From Octopus sinensis (Eukaryota), in assembly GCF_006345805.1 (NCBI RefSeq), contig NC_042999.1, positions 98,394,001-98,458,000 on the forward strand: a DNA stretch of 64,000 nt, written 5' to 3'. The translations under genes were made by a program, and so were the position numbers. The number at the start of each line of letters is the position of its first letter. Position 1 is the first letter of the stretch. Positions 41,031 to 54,956 of this stretch are shown in pieces. The notes below the pieces were generated by a model. That model was not told where the DNA came from and did not search any database. It worked only from the letters and a program-made list of their open reading frames with translations.

Positions 41031-42168
41031 GCCTGCTTCACGAAAAGAAGGATCTGTATGCAACTGGACTATATTAGATAAATGGTAAAACAGAGTGAAA
41101 CAACATGCACATACATATGCATAATACACACACACACACAGCACACACACACACATACATATGTGAATGTACGTATACATATAAATATATACATATGTAT
41201 AAAAATATCTATGTATGCATATATATAAATATACATACCAACGCACACACATATACACGTATATGTTTTATCTGCTAATATATGGGGCACATGTCTTACA
41301 TTATAAACGTAGATACTCACACACACACGCGCGCACTCCCCACACATATGCGCAGTCTTTTAAATGCCAAAAAATCTTTAAAACAGAAACAGTATGAACA
41401 TGACTCCACCCATCATAAAATAGCACACGTTACTACCAAACACAACTGTAGACACTATCAAATGTTCCAAGAACTGCCACAGGTGTTCAGTTACAAATTT
41501 CGATAAATTCATACAACAATTCGTTGACTTTGTCCTAATATCCTTCTTATGTGTTTTTACTTGATTCCGGTCAGTCCATCCAGTTGTTACAGTAACAACA
41601 AGGATAAAATGAATAGCAAAAGGGATGAATACAGCGTGATTTCAAACAGCATAGAGAAGACATCGATAGCAGAGAAGAAAGTGAGCAGGTAATGATAGCA
41701 ACAGCTAACACTTGAAAAGTTGCTTATGCAATCTATAGATAAAGTCGAACCATTTTGAATACTATGTGCCTCCAGATGATATCACTAGATCTTAAGTTTC
41801 CCCATTTGGCTTTCCATTTTCTGTATTGCGTTTTTGCATCAATTCGCTGTATCAGAGTATATATTGTAATTCTAATTGTATAGGGAAATAGCTGGAATTT
41901 TGCAACGTTCATTTTCATACGTTGCTTCTTCCTTTCCTTGGTCAAGAGAATTACTATACTAAGATGTGTACATGTTTGATGAGTCGAGAAAAGTGTGGTA
42001 TGTCGGTTCGCTGATGTTTCCGTAAGGCACGTTGAGTTTAATCTCAGATACCTCCCCCCACCTCTAGACACACAAGACGGGTGTCTACGGAGTTTCCGCC
42101 TACCGAATTCGATACACAGGATGTTAATGAACCTGAGGTTTTAAGAAGTGCCATTTACTTATAGTACC

Positions 42169-42169
<1 letters not shown>

Positions 42170-42199
<30 letters not shown>

Positions 42200-42670
42200 T
42201 GTATGTATGTATGTATGTATGTATGTATGTATGTATGTATGTATGCATGTATGTATGCATGCGTATATGTATGCATGTATGTATATTTGTATGTATGTTT
42301 GCATGTATGTATGCGTGTATATATGGATGTATGTATGAATCTACAGATGTATGCATGTATGCATGCATACGTGTAGGTATGTATACATATATGCATCTAT
42401 GTGTGTATGTATGTATACATGTTTGCATATATGTATCCGTATATGTATACATGTATGTATGCATATATGTATGCATATATGTATACATATATGTATGCAT
42501 GTATACATGCATGCATGTATGTATGCCTGTATGTATTTATGCTTGTATGTATGTATGCATGCCTGTATGTATGCATACATGTATGTATTATTGCATGTAT
42601 GCATGTATGTATGTATGTATGTATACCTGTATGTATGTATGCATGTATGTATGTATGCATGTATGTATAC
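42170..42670. repeat. Degenerate (ATGT)n tract
   Basis: Directly visible. Confidence 0.95.
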
Positions 42671-45341
42671 ACACAATTCCGTCGACTTTGCCTTTTATCC
42701 TTTCGGAGTCAATAGAATATAGTGCCAGTTGAACACCAGGGCCAATGTAAATGAACTAGCCCCGCCCACGAAATTTCTAGCCTTCTAGAATTTAACTTCT
42801 AGCCTTGTGCCAAAATTTGAAACCAATATATGATCCACCACCACCAAGTAAGATTTTAGACGGGTGAGATTTTAGACAGGTAAGACTTTAGACAGCCAGT
42901 ATATATACGGGGAGAATTCACAAAAAAAAAGACGAAAAGAGGTGGTGTAGACAACAAACATGTATTAGTGTAACGCTAAGGTTGACCTTATTGTGCTATG
43001 TTTTGCAGACCTGTGTATGTGAGTCGTTTTTGCTTCGTTATGAAGAGATACAGGGATGTATAAACATTGGAAAAGGGAAGGCTGCAAGGAATTGAAGTAA
43101 CAAATATTGTCATATCAATAACGGTTAGTGGTGAAATGATTTGAAAAATATGATAAAGTCAGCCGATAGCGTATTGATATAAACAAAGCTTGATGCTAGT
43201 CTTGCTTTATTGTGAAACGCTAAGAATAGACGAAAATGGAGGGGACAAAGCGCTGTGAAGATGAATATCTGCTCTCAATTAGCAATCTAATAGGAGGTAG
43301 TTTCTCTACAGCATTGCTTGCTTCAGTTTTCATTCATTGCCAAGGCAAGTATATGAAAGTATAATTAAGCCTTAACTCTACACTGTATCGGACTAATTGT
43401 TAAAAGCTTTAAATTCGCATTATCAATTTAAGGAAGTATATTTACCCACTCAGAGACATCCCACCACCACATACAGCGTCCCTTGCTTTATCCTAGATGA
43501 CATACAGTCTCGAAGCTGTGTATGTTTCAGGTCCAATCTCCATTAACTAGTATGACTATTTGGAAACAAAAATCTTTTAGAAAGATCCCAACAGCTTAAA
43601 CATCAACTCAGAGCTATTAAATTCTAATAGATGCGCACCAATTTAACTTTTGCCCCACTATAAATACGTTAACATATAATATTCTTTTTTGCATTCAGCC
43701 GTGAGATGCCTGCAACTATTTTGGTTAGTCTCTTCAAACTCTTTTCTGAAGATTCTGACGATTTCCGGATATTTCCTACATCTATCCACCTTTCGGTATC
43801 TTGTATTGATGTGAGCTGTATTTTTTTGTTGAACTTATGCTCTTTTAACACAAATTCTAACCGTTTTTGCTTAATTTCATCACTTCTATCATCTACATTG
43901 TCTTTCACCATTCACCAAGTATCGCCATTTATCACAGTTTTCTTTAATTCATCGATCATCCAGCTCAGTTCGTTGAATTAATGTAACTTATGTCATTCTT
44001 ACATTTCTTTATAATAACCTTACTTGGTTCATATTTCTCTCAACAAACAGTTTACATCTGAACGGGTACTAGCCATCAGTCGCGCTTGTGTTTGTGTAAA
44101 ATGGAGTGTGTGTGCGTGCGTGCGTGCGTGCATGCGTGCGTGTGTGTATGTGTGTGTATGTGTGTGTGTATATGTATGTGTGTGTTTGTATGTGTGTGTG
44201 TATATGTATGTGTGTGTTTGTATGTGTGTGTGTGTGTATGTGTGTGTGTGTGTGTGTGCGTGTGTGTGTGTGCGAGCGAACATGCGAGACATGAAACCAT
44301 GCATGTGCAAAAGCAGGATCATACATGATTATAAATATGCACGGATAGGGTTCGCTTATGCAAGTCCACGTGAACACGTTTGCATGTGCATATCATGTGC
44401 ATACTGAACGGATACATACGTGCATTCGAGTCTTTCCTGAATTACTCTATGAGTCTGTCTGTCTGTCAATCTATTTGTCTGTCTATCTGTCTGTTTGTCT
44501 GTCAGAATGTATGTATACGTGTATTCATACGTATCTGAGTTTCTCCTAAAATTGTTCGTTGTGTGTTTGTGTGTGTGTGTGTGTGTACTTGTATGAATGC
44601 ATGTGCTTGTGCTTGTATAAGTATGTGCATGTGAAAGGCAAGCCTGTGCAGCAATCAAGCGTGCGTGCATATACAAGTGTGCATATGCATATATATTTGT
44701 ATGAGTTGATCCAGCTATGTATATATGAAACGCGCACATCTGTACACAACCGCATGTGTCTACGCGGGCACATTAATAGATGCATGGTTGAGTGAATGCA
44801 TGCACATACGAATATATACCTGAGAGAAGAATGAAAAATGAAGCCGCAAAAGTTATTGAGAGCAATTATCTTCACAGCACATTCATCTTCTCCATTCTTT
44901 CCATTCCCGCCCTTCTACCACAACTTTCATACAACGATTAAGTATTGTCCATGTTAATGCACTACGGGCTGGCTTTATCAAACTTCATCCATTAACATAT
45001 CAATTTACCACCTTTCTATATCAATATAACAGTTGCATAACTGCAGCGTCTTACGGCCTCTACTTCCCTGCATTTTCTATATTCTTATGTTCCTTCACAA
45101 TAAGACAAGGGCTAATAAAATACTATGACTACCCAGGTATGCAGAATACAAAAAAATAACAATCACTCTCAGTATCCAATCAAGATCCAGCATCTTATAA
45201 AAATAGTGAAATACCTTCCAAAAATCCTTTAAAAAATTTTGGCAATTTTATTACTTCAAAAACATTTTGTTTCCGATTTTGTTTTCACTTATTTATTTAC
45301 ATACAAGGGTTCTCTTCGTATTATTTTCCCTAGTATAGCTA

Positions 45342-45419
<78 letters not shown>

Positions 45420-45698
45420 AAAAATACAAACTGGGACAAGAACGCAAAACATTTAGAAGACGAAACAAAAACCACGGACGGGACATTCGAAGCCTTCAAT
45501 CTTCAGTCAAGAACCGGATCATCCTCGCAATTTCGGCTGATTAATCTTGAGATTGCTCCGATCTAGCCAGCCCCAAAGGAAAATCTAAGCCAAGCGCATT
45601 AGATTCCTTAGAAGAAAGCCTCGAATGTATACAAAACAAGGACGGAAAAACGGACAATGTTACACGAATAAGAATACAAAAATACGTAAAAACAATAA
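45420..45698 (-). repeat. Second copy of the 18240-18640 repeat family, truncated by a Helitron
   Basis: Alignable in reverse complement with ~18370-18600. Confidence 0.7.
45491..45556 (-). ncRNA. Candidate hammerhead ribozyme with non-canonical segment order (copy B)
   Basis: AUC site, CUGAAGA and GAAA cores; stems GCAAU/AUUGC, UCAAGA/UCUUGA, AGCC/GGCU. Confidence 0.55.
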
Positions 45699-46133
45699 TC
45701 TATATATATAAAACTGTAGTTTTATTCATATCGAGCCCGTCTGGGTATTAGCGCGCGTCTACGATGAGTCTACGATTTTAAAAATAATTTAACATCATTT
45801 TTTTCCATTTTAACGCATATTTTTTCGTGTGTCGATGGCGGCAGAGTTGGCGTCCATGGTCACACCTGCACCTGTGTTGCTTCTCCCCCTTCTTCCCCCC
45901 CCTCGTGAAGCTGTGGGGAAGGGAGTGTAAGGAAATCAACGTCGTAAAGCATTGTCAAGGAGACCAGCGTTCTTTTAGAACAACGACTTCATGGCTTGAA
46001 GACACCAAAATTACCATCATTTTTTATTCCATTTTTAATGCATTTTTTTGCTATTTTTTCGCTATAACTCACTAAAAATGCTTATAAAGTTATTTCCCTT
46101 ACAAATCCGAGCAACGCCGGGCGATACTGCTAG
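45699..46133 (+). mobile_element. Non-autonomous Helitron (435 bp)
   Basis: 5' TCTATATATATAAAA, 3' subterminal CCGAGCAACGCCGGG then ...CTAG, inserted between A and T without TSD. Confidence 0.75.
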
Positions 46134-46745
46134 TATATATATATATATACATCTTTACTCCAATCTTTACTTCCACCTGAAGATCGGAAATTGCAAAACG
46201 TAGAGAATCAGTTGGTGAAGTTTTAGCTTCCAATAGAACAGATAGTCGTCACTCACTCACTCACTCACTCATACTATGTCTCTATAAATGTATCATACTT
46301 TCGCTAATAATTTTAGGTGTCTGTGTAGTTACAAGCAGATATAGACACCAGCTCAGTTCCTCACCCTTGATCCTGTGGCACATCAAGGATGTGACAGCTA
46401 TAGAGAGACAGAATAACACCAATATCCAACTGATATTCATTCACAGGTGGGTAGACTGGAGCAACATGAAATGATGTGCCTTGCGCAAGGACACAAAATT
46501 CTATCCGGTGCAGAAACTGAATGCATCATCTTATGGTCACGAATCAAATACCCTAACAACCAGGTTGTACGGCTACATCTATTTTTTAATTTTTAACTTT
46601 TACTTGTTTCAGTTATTGGAATATAGGTATGCTAGGGCACCATCTTGAAAGTTTAGTAGAACAAATCAATCTCAATACTTTTCTAAGTCTCCGTTTCTTT
46701 TGTCGAACCGCACTAAACCGAAAATTCGAAGTAACTGACTACCTT

Positions 46746-46899
46746 GTAATACATTATTTACATTATTTACATTTGACGGATATCTATCCTCATCTTGTTT
46801 GTTGTTAACACAACGTTTCAGTTGATATACCCTCCAGCCTTCATCAGGTGTCTTGGAAAAATTTCGAACCTGGGTTCTCATTCCTAAGGTATTTTTCGA

Positions 46900-46912
<13 letters not shown>
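46746..46912 (-). mobile_element. SINE family 4 3' part with minimal hammerhead motif (46808-46851)
   Basis: ACAC-CTGATGA-A-GGCTG...CAACT-GAAACGTT-GTGT on minus strand. Confidence 0.75.
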
Positions 46913-46933
<21 letters not shown>

Positions 46934-47127
46934 CTTCTTCTTCTTCTTCTTCTTCTTCTTCTTCTTCTTCTTCTTCTTCTTCTTCTTCTTCTTCTTCTTC
47001 TTCTTCTTCTTCTTCCTCTTCGATTAGTTCGACTCCAGTACATATGTGGTACTTAATTTATCGATCCCGAAAGGATGAAAGGCAAAGTCGAACTCGGCGG
47101 AATTTGAACTCAGAACGTAAAACAGTT

Positions 47128-47271
47128 CCTCCCCTTGTTTGTTGTTAACACAACGTTTCGGTTGATATACCCTCCAGCTTTCATCAGGTGTCTTGAGGAA
47201 ATTTCGAACCTGTGTTCTCATTCATACGGTATTTTTTTTTTCTCTTTTTCTTTCTTTTTTTTCTTTTTCGA

Positions 47272-47342
<71 letters not shown>

Positions 47343-47660
47343 TTATTATTATTGTTATTATTCTTATTATTATTCAGGTCACTAATTAGATTCGAACTCG
47401 GAATCTTGGAGTTAGTAACCCGCGCTATTAACCCCAAGATTCCGAGTTTGATTCCAGGTAGTGACCTGAATAATAATAACAACAACAACAACAACATCGA
47501 AAAATACTTTAGGAATGAGAACCCAGGTTCGAAATTTTCCCAAGACACCTGATGAAGGCTGGAGGGTATATCAGCCGAAAAGTTGTGTTAACAACAAGAT
47601 GACAAATATCCGTCAAATGTAAATAATGTACATAATTCTTCATCTCTTAAATATAGAAGT
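47128..47660. mobile_element. Head-to-head inverted pair of SINE family 4 (- copy 47128-47430, + copy 47428-47660), each with a minimal hammerhead (47148-47191 -, 47545-47588 +)
   Basis: Arms are reverse complements; tRNA-like B-box GAGTT(T/C)GA.TCC in both; heads fused at TAAC. Confidence 0.85.
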
Positions 47661-47681
47661 GTATAACCTTGTAATAGTTAG

Positions 47682-47737
<56 letters not shown>

Positions 47738-47801
47738 TTGTTGTCAAATGCTACAATTTGGAAACGAATTGAGAGAGTACTTAGTATATCGTAAAAAATA
47801 A

Positions 47802-48010
47802 AGCGGAGAGTTGGTAGAATCGTTAGCATGCCGGGCAAAATGCTTGGCGGCATTTCGTCCATTTTTATGTTCTGAGTTCAAATTCCGCCGAGGTCCACTT
47901 TGCCTTTCATCCTTTTGCGGTCGATAAAATAAGTACCAATTGAACACTGGGGTCGATGTCATCGACTTCCCATCGCCCTTGAAACTGCTGGCCTTGTGCC
48001 AACATTTCGT
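47802..48010 (+). mobile_element. SINE family 1, full length
   Basis: A/B boxes and body. Confidence 0.85.
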
Positions 48011-50388
48011 ACCGGTATATCGTATGGAACATATTCTTTACTTAAACTGAATACTTTTTCTAATGATCCGAATTTTATGCCACAACGATCTTGAAATGTC
48101 CAAAAAACATCCAGATGAATGTTTGTTCGATATTTCGAACGTGTTTTATTCAAGCAAGCTTGTTCTGGATGTTACTATTGTTTTTATTGGTTAGATAGTA
48201 AATATTACTTTGTCACGTTGACATCTTTTTGATTATGATTGGGCTGTTGGTTTTCTTTGAACAATTCATTGGTTGTTTTGTCTATATAGGTCAAATTTGT
48301 TGTTATGCACAGTTTCTCATGAACGTCATTTGCTAATTAGTTGAATGTAGTGGTGTCTTTTTATTGTTTATTTTTGTCGCTATCTATTTGCCAATTCGCC
48401 AGTTGATTTGTCTCCTTTGATCAATTTATTTATTATATTTGGTTTCATTAAATTGTCGATGGCTGATTTCACAATGCACATGCCTTCCCCGCTCTCTCTT
48501 TCACTCCGTGTTTCAGTGTGTTGGAAGTTTAGCTGACATTGTTAATTGTGTTATTACTACAGTTGTTGTTTAGCTGCAGGTCTGCTATGTTGAGTAGACC
48601 AATGATCAAAGGCATTTCCGTCGTCACTACGTCAACATCTCGATTTTTCACTGAAAGGAAACCAGGACAGCATTATTCTTTTCATAACAGTTGGGCGTAA
48701 CCTTGGAGATATTTCATCACTACTTTAATAGGCGGAGTGATGACATCGGGGCTCAGTTGTTGGTTCCTGTTTTCTCTTGTTCTTTTTTTGGATATTATAT
48801 CCAGTTTCTACATATTGTTATTTTTAATGGGTTTATTATCTGGCCACTTGGTTTCTTTTTGTTTCTGGTCGAGCTGAATCGTTCTATGCAGTCATCCTTA
48901 TCGTGCCTCTTCTGCTCCCTCTACTGCAATTATATCATTGTTATTGTGCTTACAATAAAAATCAGGTAATAAAGAGGAACTTATTTTATGTCTGCCACAT
49001 GAATTCCCCTAATTTCTCCTTTTGAATAAGTATATCTGATATTTTCCTGCCGTACGCATGAGCATGTTCTGGTACCATTTGCATAGTATTGCCTATTATT
49101 ACTTACTTTATACATACTGGCGTATAAAGGCACATACTCACATACATACACATACAATCGTACATACATACATAAATACATACATACACAGAAGGAAGAA
49201 GTTAAATGGTTATGTGTGTATGCGTGTGTACGTATGCGTATGCGTATGCGCGCGCGCGTGTGTGTGCGTGCGTGCGTATTCTCTTTTAGATCCTAAATGT
49301 GCTTTGATAGTGTTGTGGGGATTTTTCTGTATACATTGCGGAACGGACGTATATGTTGCCTGTACCTCAGTTTGAATCTTGTTACATCGATAAGCTTTTC
49401 TCAGTTTAAAAAAAATTCATTTTGCAATACAGTTTCCTTATAGGTTACATTTTAAAAGAAAACATTCAGTTAACAATCATCAATTTTAATATGATGCAAT
49501 TGCATTTACTTTTGGCTAAGTGCTGTGGGTTTCTGGAAATCAGGTTATTCATATCTTGAATGGCGTGATTGTGGTCGTTTTAAGCTGTAGCTGATATTTG
49601 TGCTGTTCCTATTGAATAGCTTATATTGTAACAAAACTATGTACTGTTAAGAAGTGTTTGGCGATTATTGAGTTTGGTCATTAAGCGTTTGGCGACTTTT
49701 TCCACACTTGGTGATACAATTATTATGCACTTTTGTCTGGTCCTTTTTGGTTTATATTTCTATGGCTAGTTATGTATTTAACTTTATCTTTGAAATCGCT
49801 AACTTTAGAGCTAAATTGTAGACTTGGGTAGTTTACATACGTATGCATGTATGTATGCATTCATATGCATACGCCTATATCTATATTTATCTCTCGCTTT
49901 CCTCCTCCTACTCCTCCTACTCCTCCTCCTCCTCCTCCTCCTCCTCCTCTCCCCTCTCTCTCTCGTTTCTCACGCGTGACCATCGTCCATCTTTCTTTTC
50001 CTCACGTGACCATCGTTCTTTTCCTGCACGGACGTTTTTTCTCTCTCTTCTATCTTTTCTCTTTTCAAAAAAATGTTTCCCTCAGCGTTAACTATTTTCC
50101 TCTCATTCTGGTCTAACAACCCTCCATGTTTGTTTTCGTTCGGTCTCCTTGTAGGTCTCCATTGTCATGCTTTTGTTCCCAACTTTGACCTTCCATAAAT
50201 CCTAAATTTTATTTTAGAATTTTTGGGAGTAATTTTCGTTGAATGCTCGAAATGAGGAGTAGATAGATAGCCGACAACAGATGAAGGGTCCATTCTTTGT
50301 GTTTGCTTGTCCTGTTTTCAATTTTTTCTCGTTGTTTACGTATTTCATGTTGTTTGAACCGTTGGTGACGTTCTGTACCCATATATGC

Positions 50389-50432
<44 letters not shown>

Positions 50433-50526
50433 TACATATAAAATAATATAATTATTTTAATTTTTATGTTTTGGTTTATGTTTTTCACTGTTTGATTTGC
50501 CTAATAGTGGTTTTATCTCTAATTTA

Positions 50527-50597
<71 letters not shown>

Positions 50598-50827
50598 CAT
50601 ACACATTGATAATAAGGAGAATGGGGAATTTGAACATTCAAACTTTATGCTTATTTACAGTTTGAATGTTCAAATTCTCCATTCTCCTTATCAATAGCCA
50701 GGAAAAAACTGTAACATAGAATGGGAGGTAAAGAAAATTTACCATAAAATGCACTATCTGAAGGAACCAGCCTTGACATTTTACATAGAGAAATTCGGTG
50801 TATGACTGAATATTATATCCCTCCTAT

Positions 50828-50935
<108 letters not shown>

Positions 50936-51189
50936 TTATTTCCATTTAAGCATACAAACAAATAATTTTTAGTTTTTAACACAGTACAGTAAAAAGAAAA
51001 GTAATCTAAATTTACGAGTACAATTTGGCGGAGTTTACCGTACATCCCGGAGGCTTTATTAATGAATGCGGTTTGCAGTAAGACATGGTAAAATATAAGC
51101 CTTGTTTAAACTTAAAAAACATATTCAATAATTATTATTTTGCAATAATAAAAAGAAAACTAAATTATTTAAAATTTACCAATACGTAC

Positions 51190-52500
51190 ATACAGTTTGG
51201 GGGTTTACATCATGGATGTAGATGGCTGTGGATTGTCAACATCGACAGCTGGCTCTGGCTGTTCTTGTTGTTCGATGCGCTTAAAAATCCGATTAAGAGT
51301 TCCTTGAACTGTCTTCTTCTTTTCCTCAAGGATTACATTATAAGGAGCAAAAGCTTCGTGACAAGCCCCCATAATCTTGGAAAAGCATCGAGCATTTGGA
51401 TCCATATCGTCGAACACAGAAAAAACTTTTTCGATGAATGCAAGCGCTTGCTGCATTTTTCTTAATGGTAAAGTGACGTGGCTCAGGTACGACTTCCTCT
51501 TCTTTCTTACTTTGTTGCTTGTGAAGCTCTATCAAATCCTCGTTCGTCAGGGCCGCTCGTCTTTTTCAAATAAATCTGTGAAATCCTCCTCCTCCAAATC
51601 CATTTCCAGTACTTTGCCCGTAATCACCAACGTTTTGTTGATGGCAACATTATCAAACCCTTTAAAATCATTCACGAAATGCAGGCAAAGCTTCTTCCAT
51701 GTACCATTCATAGCCATGCTCTGTACATCATTCCATGCCGCCGTTATGTTCTGTACAACCTTGTAGATATAGTATCTCTTTCAAAAGTCACGAAGTGTGA
51801 TGGACTCATCAAAATCAGTTGCAGCTATTCCTTGCTGCAGCATAGGCTTTATATAGTATCGCTTGAAGATGACAATTATTCCATTGGCTGCAGAAGAGAC
51901 GTGGTGTTCGGAGGGAGGTATACGATGTTTTGTGGGTGGCCAGGACCATTATCTAAGATAAGTAAAGCCTTAAAAGGAATCCCCTTCACCTTATGGTACT
52001 TTTCTGCTGCTGGGATAAAATGATTGAAGAACCAATCTTCAAAAACAGCAATAGTAACCTATGCCTTTGAATTAGCCATCCATATAACAGGGGGAGATGC
52101 CTTGGGTATGTTCTTCAGGGCACGGGTATTGTGTGCATGATACACAAGCAATGGCTTTAACTTAAAAGCTCCTGCACAGTTACCTCCCAGCATAATGGTC
52201 ACACGTTCTTTTGAGACCTTGTAGCTTGGAATAGTTTTCTCCTTGGAAATGAATGAAGGTCTGGCAATTTTTCCCAATACAATCAGTTTCATCTACTTTA
52301 AAAATATGTTCGGGAAGAAACCCGTTTCTTCGATGATTTTCATTAATGCATTAGGAAATTCCGCTGCTGCTTGTTCGTCAGCTGATTCACTTTCACCTTG
52401 CTTCTTAATGGAGTGATAACTTCTTCGCTCCTTAAGTCTCACAAACCATCATTGACTTGCCTTGAACTCTATATCTTTCTCATCTATTTTTTTCCTTTAG
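51190..52500 (-). mobile_element. Decayed Tigger/pogo (CENP-B-like) DDE transposase
   Basis: EFKAS..WF..LK.R (HTH), KVSKERVTIMLGGNCAGAFKLKPLLVYHAHNTRALKN...IWMANSKA (DDE_1), C-terminal FDDMDPN.RCFSKI. Confidence 0.85.
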
Positions 52501-54758
52501 GTACTCAAGCAAAGATAACGATTTCTCTTGAAGGATTTCTTGACCAATAGTAGCACGCTGACGATTCAACTTAACAATCCAAAGAGAAAGGAGACTTTCC
52601 ATTTCTTCAAAGATTTTTCCTCTTGCGTACCAACAAATTTGCACAAAAACCTAGAAACACTCGGTTTCATGGAAAAAGAGCAAAAGAAACTGACGTGGAT
52701 TCCCCAAATCCCATCGATTAGTGACACGATGCAGATGTGTAAGACATACCAGAAATTTTCATGTGAGATTCTTATGTGAATAAAGGCACAAACTTGGGTG
52801 TATGCATAGACAGCTCAACCAACTCACCGACTCAATCACATATTTACAAACACTGGGAATGCTCGTAACTCAAAAAGTCTTATTACTTTGTTAGCTAACA
52901 GCTTGAACTCTCTCAAGAACTTAAATAAAACTCAAATAAAACTCATACACCAGTTTGCAAGCTTGTTATACATCCAAACTTACTCAATATTTACATGTTC
53001 ATGCTAATTACTTGTCGTGACCGTGTATCTCAGGTTGAAAACTCTTGCAAAGACTAAATATAAAAGTATTGAAGCTAATTAATTTATAACCTTGCTCTCT
53101 CTTTTCACGGTCTTCAAACGTTGTTTCTAATTTATTTTTCCATTTTGTTAGTGTTGTTATTTGTCAATAAATAAACTTATAGCTTTCAGTAAATCGACTT
53201 TTATTTTCATTTTCTAAATCCATGATAGCACATTTTTATTGTGTATAAAGTATACGTCGTAGTGTGTGTGTGTGTGTGTATGTGTGTGTGTGTGTGTGTG
53301 TGTGATGTATAAGTATATAATTTGTCGTTATTGTGGTTGCTTTTGGATTCGCAGACGGTCAGCCTGACAGCGAGGTAATATATTGAAAGTAGGGATCTGA
53401 TCCATTGCAACAATGTCAACGTCGTTCGACGTTATGTCTGTTCAAGGAGAAGGCTTGCTGTGTTGTTTGCGCAGTGCTTACAATGTTCTAAGTATAACTG
53501 CACGCATCATTTTTCAGAACAAAATTGGAACAATCGATTCCTCACTTGCATTCAACAAATGCCTAAGCGTAATTGTTTTGCCGAAAATATTTTAACTCAG
53601 GGTATAGTTCGTCCCCAAATGTTTTCATTCTTTTCATATAAGTATTTTCTAAGCAGTGAAGTAAATTTTTAGTTAATAACCTCAAGAAAATGCGCTTTAT
53701 AATTTCGATTTCTTCAATAACTACAACTAAGAAAATATTGTTAAACTTTCGGAGAACATAAAATAATTCTTTTTTTGGAATAGTGGATCCCGAAGGAGTC
53801 ATAAAGCTATAAATATTAGCGTATAAAAGTGTACAGGAGATGTTGGTTCATGTCCCACGGGCAGCCTTCGACGTTTCTTTTCACAGCCATATGAGCCCGA
53901 AGCGCTTCTCATCACCCTACGGTCGTGAGATGGTCGTGATCTATAAACGGTTTTGAGTAGGAGCCGGAAAGAGAAGTATGAACACGCAATGTACATGTGT
54001 ACACTGGATTCGTAAAACGGAAGAGAAGAATAAAGACTTAGTGCGCATGACAAAGAAATTATGACACCAGTATCCTACAGCGTTGTTGCAATTTTCTTGT
54101 TTTGTCTAAAAGGGTTTCTCAGCCAATATTTACATGCCGTTATTTATAGCTTTATGTCTCCTCCGAGAACAAATATTCCAAGAAAAAAAGCAAAAATAGA
54201 ATTACCGGAAAACTTTGTTTGCCTATGATATTTGTTTTCGATTCTTCACTGCTTGTATGTAATGCTGTCGTTTCCAGCCATGTTTGTAGCAAATTTTGCA
54301 TGATAAAATCAAGTTTGGGACAGATATCACGATGAAATTGAATATAAAGCTTTTCACCGATGAATGTGATCAGAAGAGTAACCAATTATTTAGCAATGCT
54401 AATAATTCTTGCATTAATATTGGAAATAGCATTTATTTATCTTATATTCAATAAATAGTCTCCCGTCCTTTGTATGCAACTGCTCATGCTGAGCGTGTGT
54501 CTATTTATCAATGAATGTATGTACGCATGTGTGTATGAATATATATATACCATCATAGTCATCGTCGTCGTCATCATCATCATCATGATCATCATCATCA
54601 CCACCATCCAGTCGAGCGACTTAACCGGACCAATGCAAATCTTCCATGCCAGATGTCCCGATCGAGCGATGTGGTATGAACATCTGGCTTGGCTTTTAAT
54701 CACATCACTCATTTCACTTGCTGAAATATCTTATCTGCAGACGCCACGACTTCAGACG

Positions 54759-54873
<115 letters not shown>

Positions 54874-54899
54874 CACACATATACATATACGAGTGTATG

Positions 54900-54955
<56 letters not shown>

Positions 54956-54956
54956 T

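Noticed and set aside
42848-42895. Short direct-repeat arrays as possible CRISPR
   Set aside because: No spacers, no cas genes, eukaryotic context
43669-43911. 80-aa non-repetitive ORF (MVKDNVDD...)
   Set aside because: Preceded in frame by a stop within otherwise open sequence, so probably a decayed TE ORF; no recognisable domain
50225-50300. GAAA ... CAGATGA-AGGG resembling another permuted hammerhead
   Set aside because: Core is mutated (CAGAUGA) and I could not build consistent stems
53330-54060. Unique sequence with TATAAAA and splice-like sites
   Set aside because: All frames close early and there is no coherent exon chain
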